This document shows, in pieces, positions 18,742 through 27,613 of a stretch of 37,506 nt of DNA (its first letter is position 1; every line of letters begins with the position of its first letter). The notes beneath the pieces are model-generated. The model made no database searches. It saw only the letters and a program-made list of their open reading frames with translations, and was not told the origin of the DNA. This stretch comes from a virus. Its lineage: Duplodnaviria > Caudoviricetes. Where the stretch lies: IMG/VR virus record IMGVR_UViG_3300020403_000034, positions 1 through 37,506 of that record, one strand, 5' to 3'. A program made the translations under genes and the position numbers.

Positions 18742-18856
18742 GGCTACCCATATAAATATGGACCAAGTTTTAGGAATGCAGAATCCGTCTGCTATCGGAG
18801 GGGCTTTTCAGCTTGTCCTAATCTTGTAAGGATAGTAGGGCTTGCGCTTATCTACT
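18742..18856 (-). promoter_or_regulatory. Structured RNA leader of the capsid gene
   Basis: Three hairpins sharing a 4x1 internal loop, two capped by GNRA tetraloops (see findings). Confidence 0.6.
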
Positions 18857-19730
18857 GGGTTTCAGGATATAGTTGTTCGTATAATTCCGAAACCTTTCTT
18901 ACATAAGAATCGTGTTCAGGATGTTTTTTATCGCCATAAGGTCCGTTAAGATCTTGTAGCTTTTTCAATTCATCCTCTAACTGAGTTGGATTATAGGCAG
19001 TTGTACCTTGTAACCCATCAATAGAATCTTCACCTATTCGTGAGTTAATAAACTCACCTACACTAGCCATCATTTTAATAAACTCAGCATTATCACCAAG
19101 TCTAGTTCCGTCAGCTAATGAAGTTTCAAATAAAGCTTCTTTGTCTCCAGTAAAAAATTTATCTATGACATTTTGTGACATGGCTAAGTTATTGTCATAA
19201 GCTTGCCCCCACTCTTGTCGTAGTTGTTTAGCAGATGCTTCCTGAGATTGACGAGCAGTTTCTTCATTCATACTTGCCAATTCAGAATTGTTTGCATTCC
19301 ACTGTTCAATTAAAGATTGTGCTTGGCTGTTGTTTAATCCAACCTTGTGTGCCACCTCTTTAAACCAGCCAATTAGATTTTCATCTACCTCCATGTTTTC
19401 ACCTAGACCAGCATTTGAATCAAACTGATACTCGCTACTGGTGGCTGGTAAGCCTAGCTTTGTATAAGTCTCTCTCCATTCTTCCTCTGTAGCTGATTGA
19501 CCAGGTATAACTATTTTATCCTTTCCAATCATACTCTGAGCATTCATATAACTTTTTGCTAATGCTCCTACATCAGTGAAATGAGATATTGATTTGTGAT
19601 CTCTAATATCTTCTGGAAGACTATCTCTCCAAGAAGATTCTGATACTTGCTCTTGACTAACAGACTCCGTAGATTCCACTGGGGCTTCTACTGGAGTTGC
19701 CTGTTCAGTTACTTGCGCTTCTTCAGACAT
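18852..19730 (-). CDS. Capsid scaffolding protein
   Basis: Acidic helical protein; WRDSLPED, LAKSYMNAQSMIG, LRQEWGQAYD, HPEHDSYVRKV; located between portal and capsid. Confidence 0.85.
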   Translation of the reverse strand: MSEEAQVTEQATPVEAPVESTESVSQEQVSESSWRDSLPEDIRDHKSISHFTDVGALAKSYMNAQSMIGKDKIVIPGQSATEEEWRETYTKLGLPATSSEYQFDSNAGLGENMEVDENLIGWFKEVAHKVGLNNSQAQSLIEQWNANNSELASMNEETARQSQEASAKQLRQEWGQAYDNNLAMSQNVIDKFFTGDKEALFETSLADGTRLGDNAEFIKMMASVGEFINSRIGEDSIDGLQGTTAYNPTQLEDELKKLQDLNGPYGDKKHPEHDSYVRKVSELYEQLYPETQ

Positions 19731-19749
19731 TTTTATTTATTCTCCTATT

Positions 19750-19992
19750 TTATTTTTCAGCTTGTTTACCAATTTCTCCCATAGCTATGAGAAATAACAC
19801 TACAGATCGCTGACCTTCTGCATATGCTAATTCGTGTGAATCTATTGTGCCTGTTTTGACTGTTGTTGAATTGTAATGAAATCTTTTTTTCAAATCATCG
19901 AGAACAATTTGACCAATCGCATTTTCACTAAAATTTGCATACATTACATGCATTCTTTTTAGTTCTTCTTCAGGGCTTACTATATCTTCCAT
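19750..19992 (-). CDS. Conserved small head-morphogenesis protein (BPP-1 Bbp19-like)
   Basis: GQIVLDDLKKRF...AYAEGQRSVVLFL motif; directly after the portal. Confidence 0.8.
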   Translation of the reverse strand: MEDIVSPEEELKRMHVMYANFSENAIGQIVLDDLKKRFHYNSTTVKTGTIDSHELAYAEGQRSVVLFLIAMGEIGKQAEK

Positions 19993-21654
19993 TTAGATCT
20001 CCTCTGTGTCCATTTGGTTAACAGCTTCAATCATAGGAGCTGTATTTTTTGCCACCTCAGATTGTTGCATCTGTTGTTGCATTTGCTGTTGAGCTTGAGC
20101 TTGTTGTTGTTTCTCGTTTCTCTTAGCTTGTATTTCATCTTCTGATCGTATTACTGAAGCTGGTATTGATAAGCTTTTTAATAAATGTTTAATTAAGCCA
20201 TCACCATCTAAGTGATCAATAATACTAGGATCTATTTGAGCTACTGGCTGGACTACCTGAAGCATCTGAAGTGTTGATTGAACATCTGTCTGTCTTTGTG
20301 CTTTAGCTAATGGAGATACATATTCAATATCAATATCCTGACCAGCAATAATTTGCGGTGGTGGAGGTAACTGTTCTTGTCTCAATAATATATTGTAACA
20401 TCTGTTAATAAGGGGCTGGAGCAATTCAGCTTGCAATCTCCCCAAGACTGGACCAAGAAGTCTCATTTTTTCTTCGGTCCTTGCAACCACCTCAGTAGCC
20501 GTCATTTGAGGACCAGCCCCCATGACCAATTGATCGACATAAAACGCAGATCTTATCGCTTGCCGTCTTTGGTCTTCCATTTGCAGACCAAGAGGATTAT
20601 TAGATCCAGTTTGTAAAGGCTCTAGTCTATCTCTTGTTCCACTTCTGTAGAAATTTAAACCACCTGGTACAGTTCTTATTGGTAACATAAAACCATCGTC
20701 AGGTAGCATAAGAGGAGGATCTACTTGTTTCTCAGCAGATCTAATAGTTACTTCACTCATCTTGTTTAACATTTTAACATCAGGTAATGATTGCATAGCT
20801 GGAGATCTTCCATAACCACTTTCAAAACTTGCTTTTAAGTATCGTGGACACATGTAAGGAAACTCATCAAAACCAGATTCTTTAATAATTACTTTTTCTT
20901 CTGGATCTATATAGATAGACGCAAAAGGTTTATTTTCAGCAGATAGTTTTTCTACATCTCTATCATCTCTTGGCATTACAACATGAACAATCTCAATCTC
21001 TTCATAGGGATTTGTTTTCATTAATTTGTTAATACGAGAAGACGCTTCTTCACCAAAAAGTTTTTGAGCAGAACGAACAGACATTTTATATTTTCTATAA
21101 ACTGTATCGACTCTGCCTTCGCTATTCTCAGCTAAGAAGCATTCAGAAATATGTCTAGTTTCAAAACGAAAACCAGATTCAGGATTACTTTCTACATAAA
21201 TGACGGCTGTACCAAAAGTAATAAGATCGTGGTAAAGTTCATGGATCTGTTCTTGAAAGTTAGATCTATGAAAATGAGCATACATAATGTTCTCTACTTC
21301 TTCTAACCATTCTTTTGCTTCATCAATTAAAGTAAGCTGAAAGTTCATGTAACATAAATTAAACCAGTTAGTTGATGCAGAAGTTAACATGCCATGAATA
21401 GATGCTGATAAAAGTTCAGAAGAATGTATTGCAGTACCATCGTAGATCTTTTCCATTCTCTTATCACCAGCAGATCGTGTACGAGTAAAATCTGCTTTTC
21501 TTGGTACAATGTAGTCAGCAACATCTTGCCAATGTTCTTCCCAAGTTTCTCTTTGCTCTTCTAAAGAAGACAGCCTATCTAAAAGTTTAGAAGCTATTTT
21601 TTTTGTATCTTCATTTATAGATGGCTCTACATCTATTATTTCTTCATCAGCCAT
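19993..21654 (-). CDS. Portal / head-tail connector
   Basis: WEEHWQDVADY, IYDGTA, YGRSPAM..LPDVKMLN, QMTATEV..R.EEKMRLLGPVLGRLQAELLQPLI, IEYVSPLAKAQR. Confidence 0.95.
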   Translation of the reverse strand: MADEEIIDVEPSINEDTKKIASKLLDRLSSLEEQRETWEEHWQDVADYIVPRKADFTRTRSAGDKRMEKIYDGTAIHSSELLSASIHGMLTSASTNWFNLCYMNFQLTLIDEAKEWLEEVENIMYAHFHRSNFQEQIHELYHDLITFGTAVIYVESNPESGFRFETRHISECFLAENSEGRVDTVYRKYKMSVRSAQKLFGEEASSRINKLMKTNPYEEIEIVHVVMPRDDRDVEKLSAENKPFASIYIDPEEKVIIKESGFDEFPYMCPRYLKASFESGYGRSPAMQSLPDVKMLNKMSEVTIRSAEKQVDPPLMLPDDGFMLPIRTVPGGLNFYRSGTRDRLEPLQTGSNNPLGLQMEDQRRQAIRSAFYVDQLVMGAGPQMTATEVVARTEEKMRLLGPVLGRLQAELLQPLINRCYNILLRQEQLPPPPQIIAGQDIDIEYVSPLAKAQRQTDVQSTLQMLQVVQPVAQIDPSIIDHLDGDGLIKHLLKSLSIPASVIRSEDEIQAKRNEKQQQAQAQQQMQQQMQQSEVAKNTAPMIEAVNQMDTEEI

Positions 21655-21655
21655 A

Positions 21656-23752
21656 TTATGATCCCACTAAAGTTTTTCTGTTTACACTTCCACCGAGTAA
21701 AGAAGCAGTACGAGTTTTGTTTCTAAAATTAGGTCCCCTAGTCTGACCTTGCCTAACTTGGTTTGGATCCTCGTCACCTATACGAACAACATCTTTAGGT
21801 GCAAAGAAAGATCCAGTAGATTGTTTTTTCTTCTTATCTTTTTTAGCTTTCGCTGTATTAATTTTAAGTTCTTCTGTTGTTGTTCCCCATGCTTCAGCAA
21901 TTTGCTCTAAGCTTAATCCATATGCTGAAAGATCCAGATCTTCATTAGCTAACCAGAACGAAGTTACATATTCTTGATCCGTTCCTCTAGCATCTAAAAT
22001 CATTTGCTGAACAAGGAAGTTTGTTACACTAAGGTCTTGTTTTCCAATAGCATCTCCACCTACACCATAGGTCCATACACCATCAAGCTTCCAGGAGTAA
22101 TCGGTTAGGTAACGCATAGCTTCTTCAGGTGTAAGAGTTCTACCCTCTCCATAAACAAGCTCAATAAGATTACCTAAGTTTTCGTATTGACTATGTTCAG
22201 TAATATTATCGAGACTCCATTTTTGTGAGTTATCTAATGAAGACTCAAACAATACAGATTCAGCTAACCAGTCAGCTAAGAATTGGTCCAGATCTGCTTC
22301 TGCTATTTGACCATTATATTGACCAGTATATTCTTTAACGAGTTCAAAATAATCGCCCATTGTTTTAGAAGACATGATTACACCAGTTGTTTCACCTTGC
22401 TCAATCATAGTGTTCCAGAAAGCTGTAAGCCTTACTTGATCGTCTTCTGTCAAAGATCCGTTTTCGCCTGTAGCAAATAAACCAGAGATCTCGTTATAAT
22501 ATCCAACAAGCTCTTCTGTTGTGTCGGATCCTGTATTAACTAATATTGTCTCTAATGTCGTTACAACAGTATCGTATTCATCCTGTGTTAATCCTGTATT
22601 GCCAACAGTGTTAGTATCACCATCGCCATCACCATCACCATCGCCATCGCTAGATCCAGTTGTCTGATCTGTTAATGCTTTACCTTCGCTATCGACTACC
22701 TGACCTTTTTCATTAAAATAAAATATAGGTGCTTGGCTCATGCCTGTAATTTCATTTGATGGTAAGACATAAACAAATCCTTTTGATCCGTCAGCAAAAG
22801 TATGTTCTTGAATAAGAGTTGCCATCAAGCCATTGCCTTCGCCATCCATATTGGTAATACCATCTGGAATACCATCGCCATTAAGATCCTCTGATCCTGT
22901 ATTCCAAACATGATCCTCACCAAGAGTAGTAGCCATGTTGACAAACACTTCATCGGTACTCGCTGGCACTGTATTAAGACCAGCATAATCTACACCAGTA
23001 AACTGATCAGCATTAATTGTTTCTACTTCAGCTCCAGTTGAATCTTCAATTCTATAGGTATCTATTTCGCCATCATTATTGCTATCAAATCCATAAGCAA
23101 GATTGCCATTATTTAATTCAATTGGCTCAGTATTAATTGTCGATACATTTTCAAGTGTATCGTTACCAACACCACCAATAATAGAATCCTCACCAGATCC
23201 ACCAACAATACTATCGCTATCTATAGGTCCTGTGGCTGGGGTTCTTGTTCCATCCGATATACCAATAAATTTTCCGTCTTTTGTATAGTCATAGCTAACT
23301 GTTGTCTCACCCTCACCACCAAAGTCAGTAAGATCTATAACACTGGTTTGCGTATAACTGCCATCAGTGTTTTGGGACCAGCTTGATCCTGGAACATTGT
23401 TATTAATAGATTGCCAATTAGGATCTAATACAAAATCAGGTGTTACAGATTCAACATCAATGTTACCAGAAACACCAGTATTATCACCACCAGCAATTTG
23501 AGGAGTGTCAGTAGTTGTCTCATTTGAAACAGTAGAGAGTAAAGTGGTGTCAAGACCAGTTGTTTTAGTAATTGAATTAGCATCTATTTGATCCTCATTT
23601 GTGGTTACAACATCATCAGGGCTTACTGCACTATCATTGCTTATTAAAGATCCACCAGAAGAAGATACAGCATTAGCCGTTTGATTATTCGGTCCCATTA
23701 ATAAATTGGGATCTATTCCTGAAAGATCTATCCCTAATCCTGTTGTACTCAT
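21656..23752 (-). CDS. Large acidic protein (698 aa) with RTX-like and DxDxDG calcium-binding motifs and a basic C-terminal tail
   Basis: Long ORF between terminase and portal; GGSGEDSII-GGVGNDTLE, DSNNDGEID, DLNGDGIPD, (DG)n; ends RTASLLGGSVNRKTLVGS. Confidence 0.7.
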   Translation of the reverse strand: MSTTGLGIDLSGIDPNLLMGPNNQTANAVSSSGGSLISNDSAVSPDDVVTTNEDQIDANSITKTTGLDTTLLSTVSNETTTDTPQIAGGDNTGVSGNIDVESVTPDFVLDPNWQSINNNVPGSSWSQNTDGSYTQTSVIDLTDFGGEGETTVSYDYTKDGKFIGISDGTRTPATGPIDSDSIVGGSGEDSIIGGVGNDTLENVSTINTEPIELNNGNLAYGFDSNNDGEIDTYRIEDSTGAEVETINADQFTGVDYAGLNTVPASTDEVFVNMATTLGEDHVWNTGSEDLNGDGIPDGITNMDGEGNGLMATLIQEHTFADGSKGFVYVLPSNEITGMSQAPIFYFNEKGQVVDSEGKALTDQTTGSSDGDGDGDGDGDTNTVGNTGLTQDEYDTVVTTLETILVNTGSDTTEELVGYYNEISGLFATGENGSLTEDDQVRLTAFWNTMIEQGETTGVIMSSKTMGDYFELVKEYTGQYNGQIAEADLDQFLADWLAESVLFESSLDNSQKWSLDNITEHSQYENLGNLIELVYGEGRTLTPEEAMRYLTDYSWKLDGVWTYGVGGDAIGKQDLSVTNFLVQQMILDARGTDQEYVTSFWLANEDLDLSAYGLSLEQIAEAWGTTTEELKINTAKAKKDKKKKQSTGSFFAPKDVVRIGDEDPNQVRQGQTRGPNFRNKTRTASLLGGSVNRKTLVGS
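22616..22651. repeat. 6-nt tandem repeat (atcRcc) x ~6 encoding SDGDGDGDGDGD
   Basis: atcacc atcgcc atcacc atcacc atcgcc atcgct read directly. Confidence 0.85.
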
Positions 23753-23787
23753 TTACTTTCCTTCTGGGGTAATGTTTAAAAAAATTT

Positions 23788-24285
23788 TTAGACTTCCTGA
23801 GACTCAAACACTATGGTCTCGATTAACTCATCGCTATTTTTTTGAATTGTATCTAATGGTACAAAACCTTGTTCGGCACCTTGCTGTATAATTTGATCGC
23901 CTGTTGCACCATCGGTAATACCAAAAGCACCAGCATAGGCTACTGGAGTTGGTGTCATTAACCCCATAGGACCAGTGACAATTGTATTCTTTCTTGAAAA
24001 CCTTCTCATCAACATTTCTTTTGTTTTCTGCACAAGGTCTTTACGAATAACAACCGCATCAGGAATAATAGTTTCCCCTTCATTGATCATAGTTGGATCA
24101 ATAGGCTCGCCAGGATTTAACATAATACTTTGACCAGTTGTTGGATCCGTAAAAGTTTTCTTTTCAGAATATTGCGTTGTATAAGGATCAACGACTGGTG
24201 CTACTGGTTCCGTCTCTAGTAAATTATCTTGTGTAGTTTCTTTTTGTGTTTCTACAGGAACATATACTTTTTTTGTTTTAGCCAA
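23788..24285 (-). CDS. Hypothetical virion-associated protein (165 aa)
   Basis: TTG start overlapping the terminase end; contains RRFSRKNTIVTGPMGL, resembling the small pre-portal proteins of this phage type. Confidence 0.6.
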   Translation of the reverse strand: MAKTKKVYVPVETQKETTQDNLLETEPVAPVVDPYTTQYSEKKTFTDPTTGQSIMLNPGEPIDPTMINEGETIIPDAVVIRKDLVQKTKEMLMRRFSRKNTIVTGPMGLMTPTPVAYAGAFGITDGATGDQIIQQGAEQGFVPLDTIQKNSDELIETIVFESQEV

Positions 24286-25579
24286 TTGCCTTCATCCTTT
24301 TATCAGATCCAAGAGGATCCCATTTATTATCAGCAAAGCTTTGTGGGGCTTGCTGGACTTGTTGTTGTTTTAAACCTACTGCCATATAGCGAAATGCATC
24401 AGCTCCGTGGCTGGTCCAATCATGGACTGGTGTAGCTCGGAAAGTTCTGGTCCTTTCATTATAGGCTCGGTGATAATGTCGGAGGGCTTCAATACCTTCC
24501 TTACAGTTCTTAATATCAAAGGTGCATCGAGGTAACATCATCTTCACGGCATGGATCCCATCCTCCAGGGGAAGCTTCGGAACAACCCTAAAATTTATTC
24601 CTAGATCATAAGCTACTTCTCTTCTGGATCTTCCTGTACCAAGTTCTCGGACCTCAATATCATGTGGTGCATTGTGGGTGCCGTATAAATAATCTTTCTC
24701 TTCAAGTACATGAACGAAATGCGGAAGACCTTCGTTTCTAACTTCATAATAATCTATTACCGATACAGCTCCACCTCTGGATGTTTGTGCAAACCAAATA
24801 GCGGTACTATCGTTTAACCCAAGATCCCAATAAGTATCGACACGCAAAGAAGGATCATAAGGACAAGTTGTGATTTTCCCATTCTCTTGTAGCTCCTCCA
24901 TCTCCGATCCGTAGATAGATCCTGGTATATTTGCTACCCAACTACATTCAAATTCCTGATTGTACTGATCTGGGGACATTGTTTGAGAAGCTTGTCTCAA
25001 TTCCTCTTCATCTAATATATTTGTTTCACTAGCCTTATATAAAGCCGTATACCATTCAGGCTGTTGTTCTCCATTTTCATAAAGATCAAAAAACATATTA
25101 TGACCTTTAGGAGTCCCAATAAAATAACAGAAACCTTTTCTATCGGATAAAGCTGGTCTGATAACCTCTGGAAAGACACTCTCTGGCATGTCAGCTACCT
25201 CATCGATAACACAACCATCTAAATATATACCTCTAAGGCTATCTGGGTTTTCCGATCCTAGTAGAGTTATTCTAGCTCCATTTGGTAGATCGCATCGTAA
25301 TTCCGTTTCATTATATTTTATGTTGGGAATCTTACTGGTAAATTGTTTTATATAATCCCATGCCACCGATTTAGCTTGTCGATATGTGGGAGCTATATAT
25401 GAAAATCTAGGATTCTTTTTTTCGCTAAGAATACTTGCTCGCAATAAATGATTTATAGCCATAACAGTTTTACCAAATCTTCTATGGCAAACTATTACAG
25501 CCCATCTATGTTTATCTAACTCCTGGTGCAGATCATTCTGCAATGGTCTGGGAGTATATGGTATAACTACCTCAGTCAA
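24278..25579 (-). CDS. terL: Terminase large subunit
   Basis: Walker A HRRFGKT, LRGIYLDGCVIDE Walker B, IGTPKG, nuclease WDLG and HGADAFRY. Start placed at TTG 25579 with GAGGAG 9 nt upstream, not at 25693. Confidence 0.95.
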   Translation of the reverse strand: MTEVVIPYTPRPLQNDLHQELDKHRWAVIVCHRRFGKTVMAINHLLRASILSEKKNPRFSYIAPTYRQAKSVAWDYIKQFTSKIPNIKYNETELRCDLPNGARITLLGSENPDSLRGIYLDGCVIDEVADMPESVFPEVIRPALSDRKGFCYFIGTPKGHNMFFDLYENGEQQPEWYTALYKASETNILDEEELRQASQTMSPDQYNQEFECSWVANIPGSIYGSEMEELQENGKITTCPYDPSLRVDTYWDLGLNDSTAIWFAQTSRGGAVSVIDYYEVRNEGLPHFVHVLEEKDYLYGTHNAPHDIEVRELGTGRSRREVAYDLGINFRVVPKLPLEDGIHAVKMMLPRCTFDIKNCKEGIEALRHYHRAYNERTRTFRATPVHDWTSHGADAFRYMAVGLKQQQVQQAPQSFADNKWDPLGSDKRMKAIG

Positions 25580-25806
25580 TGTGTGTGTCTCCTCAATCGG
25601 TCTATAAACGATATACAGCTCCCCGCCAGCATTCTTGGGGGTACCGCCTTGGTTTTTTGTAGGTTTCGTGTTGCAAACAGTGTTGCGATTCATTTATTCC
25701 CAGAGATCTGCCAATGTTAAGGGGAACCATACCCCTTAGATCTGTCAGCAATCGCGTGTGCGCGTGAAGACTGACAGGGCTGGGCTTGTGCTTCCCGTCT
25801 CTCAGC

Positions 25807-25944
25807 CTATAGCAGTGTACTCCTTGGTCTAGCATAGCCATACTTAGTTGGTCTTCCTCCAAGGTCCACTGGTCCTTGCTTCTTCTTATTGCTTTGATCT
25901 GTTGTTGGCTTCATAGCTGGTGGCAATAGATTGTTGAGGTTCAT
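25807..25944 (-). CDS. Unannotated 45-aa basic protein
   Basis: MNLNNLLPPAMKPTTDQSNKKKQGPVDLGGRPTKYGYARPRSTLL; ATG 1 nt after the terS stop with upstream GAGG. Confidence 0.55.
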   Translation of the reverse strand: MNLNNLLPPAMKPTTDQSNKKKQGPVDLGGRPTKYGYARPRSTLL

Positions 25945-25945
25945 C

Positions 25946-26344
25946 TTACCCATCCTCATTGCCCCATCGAATAGTTATCTCACCACTGTCTTGCTTGTCT
26001 TCTACCTTGTTGCGTAAGCTACCGCGTGGTTGGAGCTGAGTCCTTCTCTTGTCTAGCCAGTAGGACATCTTATCTCTTCGCATGATCTCTGTATGCTTCT
26101 CTTTGACATCGATAGGATAGCTCTCATTCCATAGGTCAAGCATCTGGTCATGGATCTTCTCAGCTTGTAATGACCTTGCCTTCATGTACTCCTCATAAGC
26201 TTCCTCTGAGTCTTGCACATGTCGTAGAACAGTCCTATCCGAAGGCATGCCATCGTCAGTACAGATCTGTCTTAGGCTCTCACCATCTATGATGCGATCT
26301 AAGATCTCTTTAAATGTTGTTTTGTTAATTCTTGCTTTAGCCAT
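25946..26344 (-). CDS. terS: Terminase small subunit
   Basis: EILDRIIDGESLRQICTDDGMPSDRTV HTH (Sf6 gp1-like), C-terminal ITIRW; upstream of terL. Confidence 0.85.
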   Translation of the reverse strand: MAKARINKTTFKEILDRIIDGESLRQICTDDGMPSDRTVLRHVQDSEEAYEEYMKARSLQAEKIHDQMLDLWNESYPIDVKEKHTEIMRRDKMSYWLDKRRTQLQPRGSLRNKVEDKQDSGEITIRWGNEDG

Positions 26345-26487
26345 TAGCCTACTAATGTTTTCTTCTTCTTTGATTTAGGAAAGCCAGCTTTCATGTTGGC
26401 ATATGCTTTACTTGATATAGTGCTGTTCTTCTTGCTTCTGCTTGTTCCAGCTTTCTTTCGTTTATTAATGTTACGATATAAGCTCAT
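26344..26487 (-). CDS. Unannotated 47-aa very basic protein
   Basis: MSLYRNINKRKKAGTSRSKKNSTISSKAYANMKAGFPKSKKKKTLVG; ATGA overlap upstream and TAATG overlap with terS. Confidence 0.8.
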   Translation of the reverse strand: MSLYRNINKRKKAGTSRSKKNSTISSKAYANMKAGFPKSKKKKTLVG

Positions 26488-26630
26488 ATCAATACCAATA
26501 CTATTGCTACAGCTAATGTAATGCCTAAAAGCTTATATAAGCCTGTAGTTGTTAGTCCATGAAAGTAATCTAAAAAAGCATAGTCAAATTTATCCTTCAT
26601 CATTGTGAAGAAATTGTCTGTGTCATTCAT
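26484..26630 (-). CDS. Small membrane protein (48 aa), first gene of the late operon
   Basis: Start moved to MNDTDNFF (ATG 26630, AGGAG RBS); C-terminal TM LLGITLAVAIVLVLI. Confidence 0.6.
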   Translation of the reverse strand: MNDTDNFFTMMKDKFDYAFLDYFHGLTTTGLYKLLGITLAVAIVLVLI

Positions 26631-26772
26631 CGTTGTCTCCTGTACTCCTCTCAAGCTAGTCCTAGAGCAAGACAAGACAAGGGAATGTCGATCCGTCTAC
26701 TAGCCAACAGGGAGGAGATGTTTTTTTTGGTTTATTTGTGATTTTTAGCAGTGCGCACAAAAATGCTCTAGG

Positions 26773-27261
26773 TTACTTATTATTAAGCGAATTTGACGGC
26801 ATTGGCAACACCTTATAGTCAATATTTTGTGTGTTTGGCTTCAGTGAGTACCAAAGCTTGTATAATGCATCCATGTATCGTCTCTTCACAGTCCTGTAAT
26901 TGATATGCAATATTCTTCCGATCTTGGACCATTGTGGTCCTCTGTCTCGAAATGCTCCACTGTGATTGACAGCCCAGATAAGCCTTCTCTCGTCAAGTGT
27001 GCAATGTTCTGATAGCAATTCTATGACAAGGTCATAGCGGTCAATTTGTTTTGGTGTAGGCTTTGGAAGTCTTGACTTGCCCTTTCCATAGCCATAAGCA
27101 GTCCATTCCGTCTTGTAGTCCATCCAATGTGTTAGCTTTTGTTTTACTCTTACAGAAGGCATCATCTTTTCAGTCTCGCATGCTTCTGCTAGTAGGTTGT
27201 CAAGATGGTCTATGCCATTGCTTATGATAAGATCTAATTCATGCTGTTTAATAGTTTGCAT
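26773..27261 (-). CDS. Putative late-gene regulator, Q/sigma-r4-like HTH (DUF6362-like)
   Basis: PTPKQIDRYD, ERRLIWA, QWSKIGRILHINYRTVKRRYMDAL HTH; sits at the early/late boundary like lambda Q. Confidence 0.65.
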   Translation of the reverse strand: MQTIKQHELDLIISNGIDHLDNLLAEACETEKMMPSVRVKQKLTHWMDYKTEWTAYGYGKGKSRLPKPTPKQIDRYDLVIELLSEHCTLDERRLIWAVNHSGAFRDRGPQWSKIGRILHINYRTVKRRYMDALYKLWYSLKPNTQNIDYKVLPMPSNSLNNK

Positions 27262-27613
27262 GCTTGATCCATTCTTGTTTCTCTTTGTAGGTCATGTTGC
27301 CTACTCTTAGAGCTAGATCCTTCCATGCATCTCTGGACATGTTACTGCTGGCTTTGGTGAGCTTCTTATGTGTCTGCGTTTCGACATAGCCGTTCTTTTG
27401 GCTTTTGTCTTTTGCTACGACATAATAAGCATTCATATGCTTTAATGTGTCGTCTAATGTCTTGCTAATATCTGACTGTCTTATATTAGCATGGCTGACA
27501 CTTGGCTTATCAGTTGCTTTTTTTAAGTTAATTTTTTTTAGGTGATTAAGCAGATCTTGGGCTGTATTGTTGCCCTCGCTTATATTAGCCTTTTCGATAT
27601 CACATTTCGTCAT
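27248..27613 (-). CDS. Hypothetical protein (121 aa)
   Basis: ORF overlapping its neighbours in the early operon; GGAGG RBS. Confidence 0.6.
   Translation of the reverse strand: MTKCDIEKANISEGNNTAQDLLNHLKKINLKKATDKPSVSHANIRQSDISKTLDDTLKHMNAYYVVAKDKSQKNGYVETQTHKKLTKASSNMSRDAWKDLALRVGNMTYKEKQEWIKHANY

Noticed and set aside
25580-25693. 38-aa N-terminal extension of TerL in the ORF track
   Set aside because: Strong GAGGAG RBS precedes TTG at 25579, where the conserved IPYTPRPLQ region starts.
25602-25862. 86-aa minus-strand ORF between terS and terL
   Set aside because: TTG start overlapping the better-coupled 45-aa ORF; no recognisable features; the region looks like a cis site. Not fully excluded.
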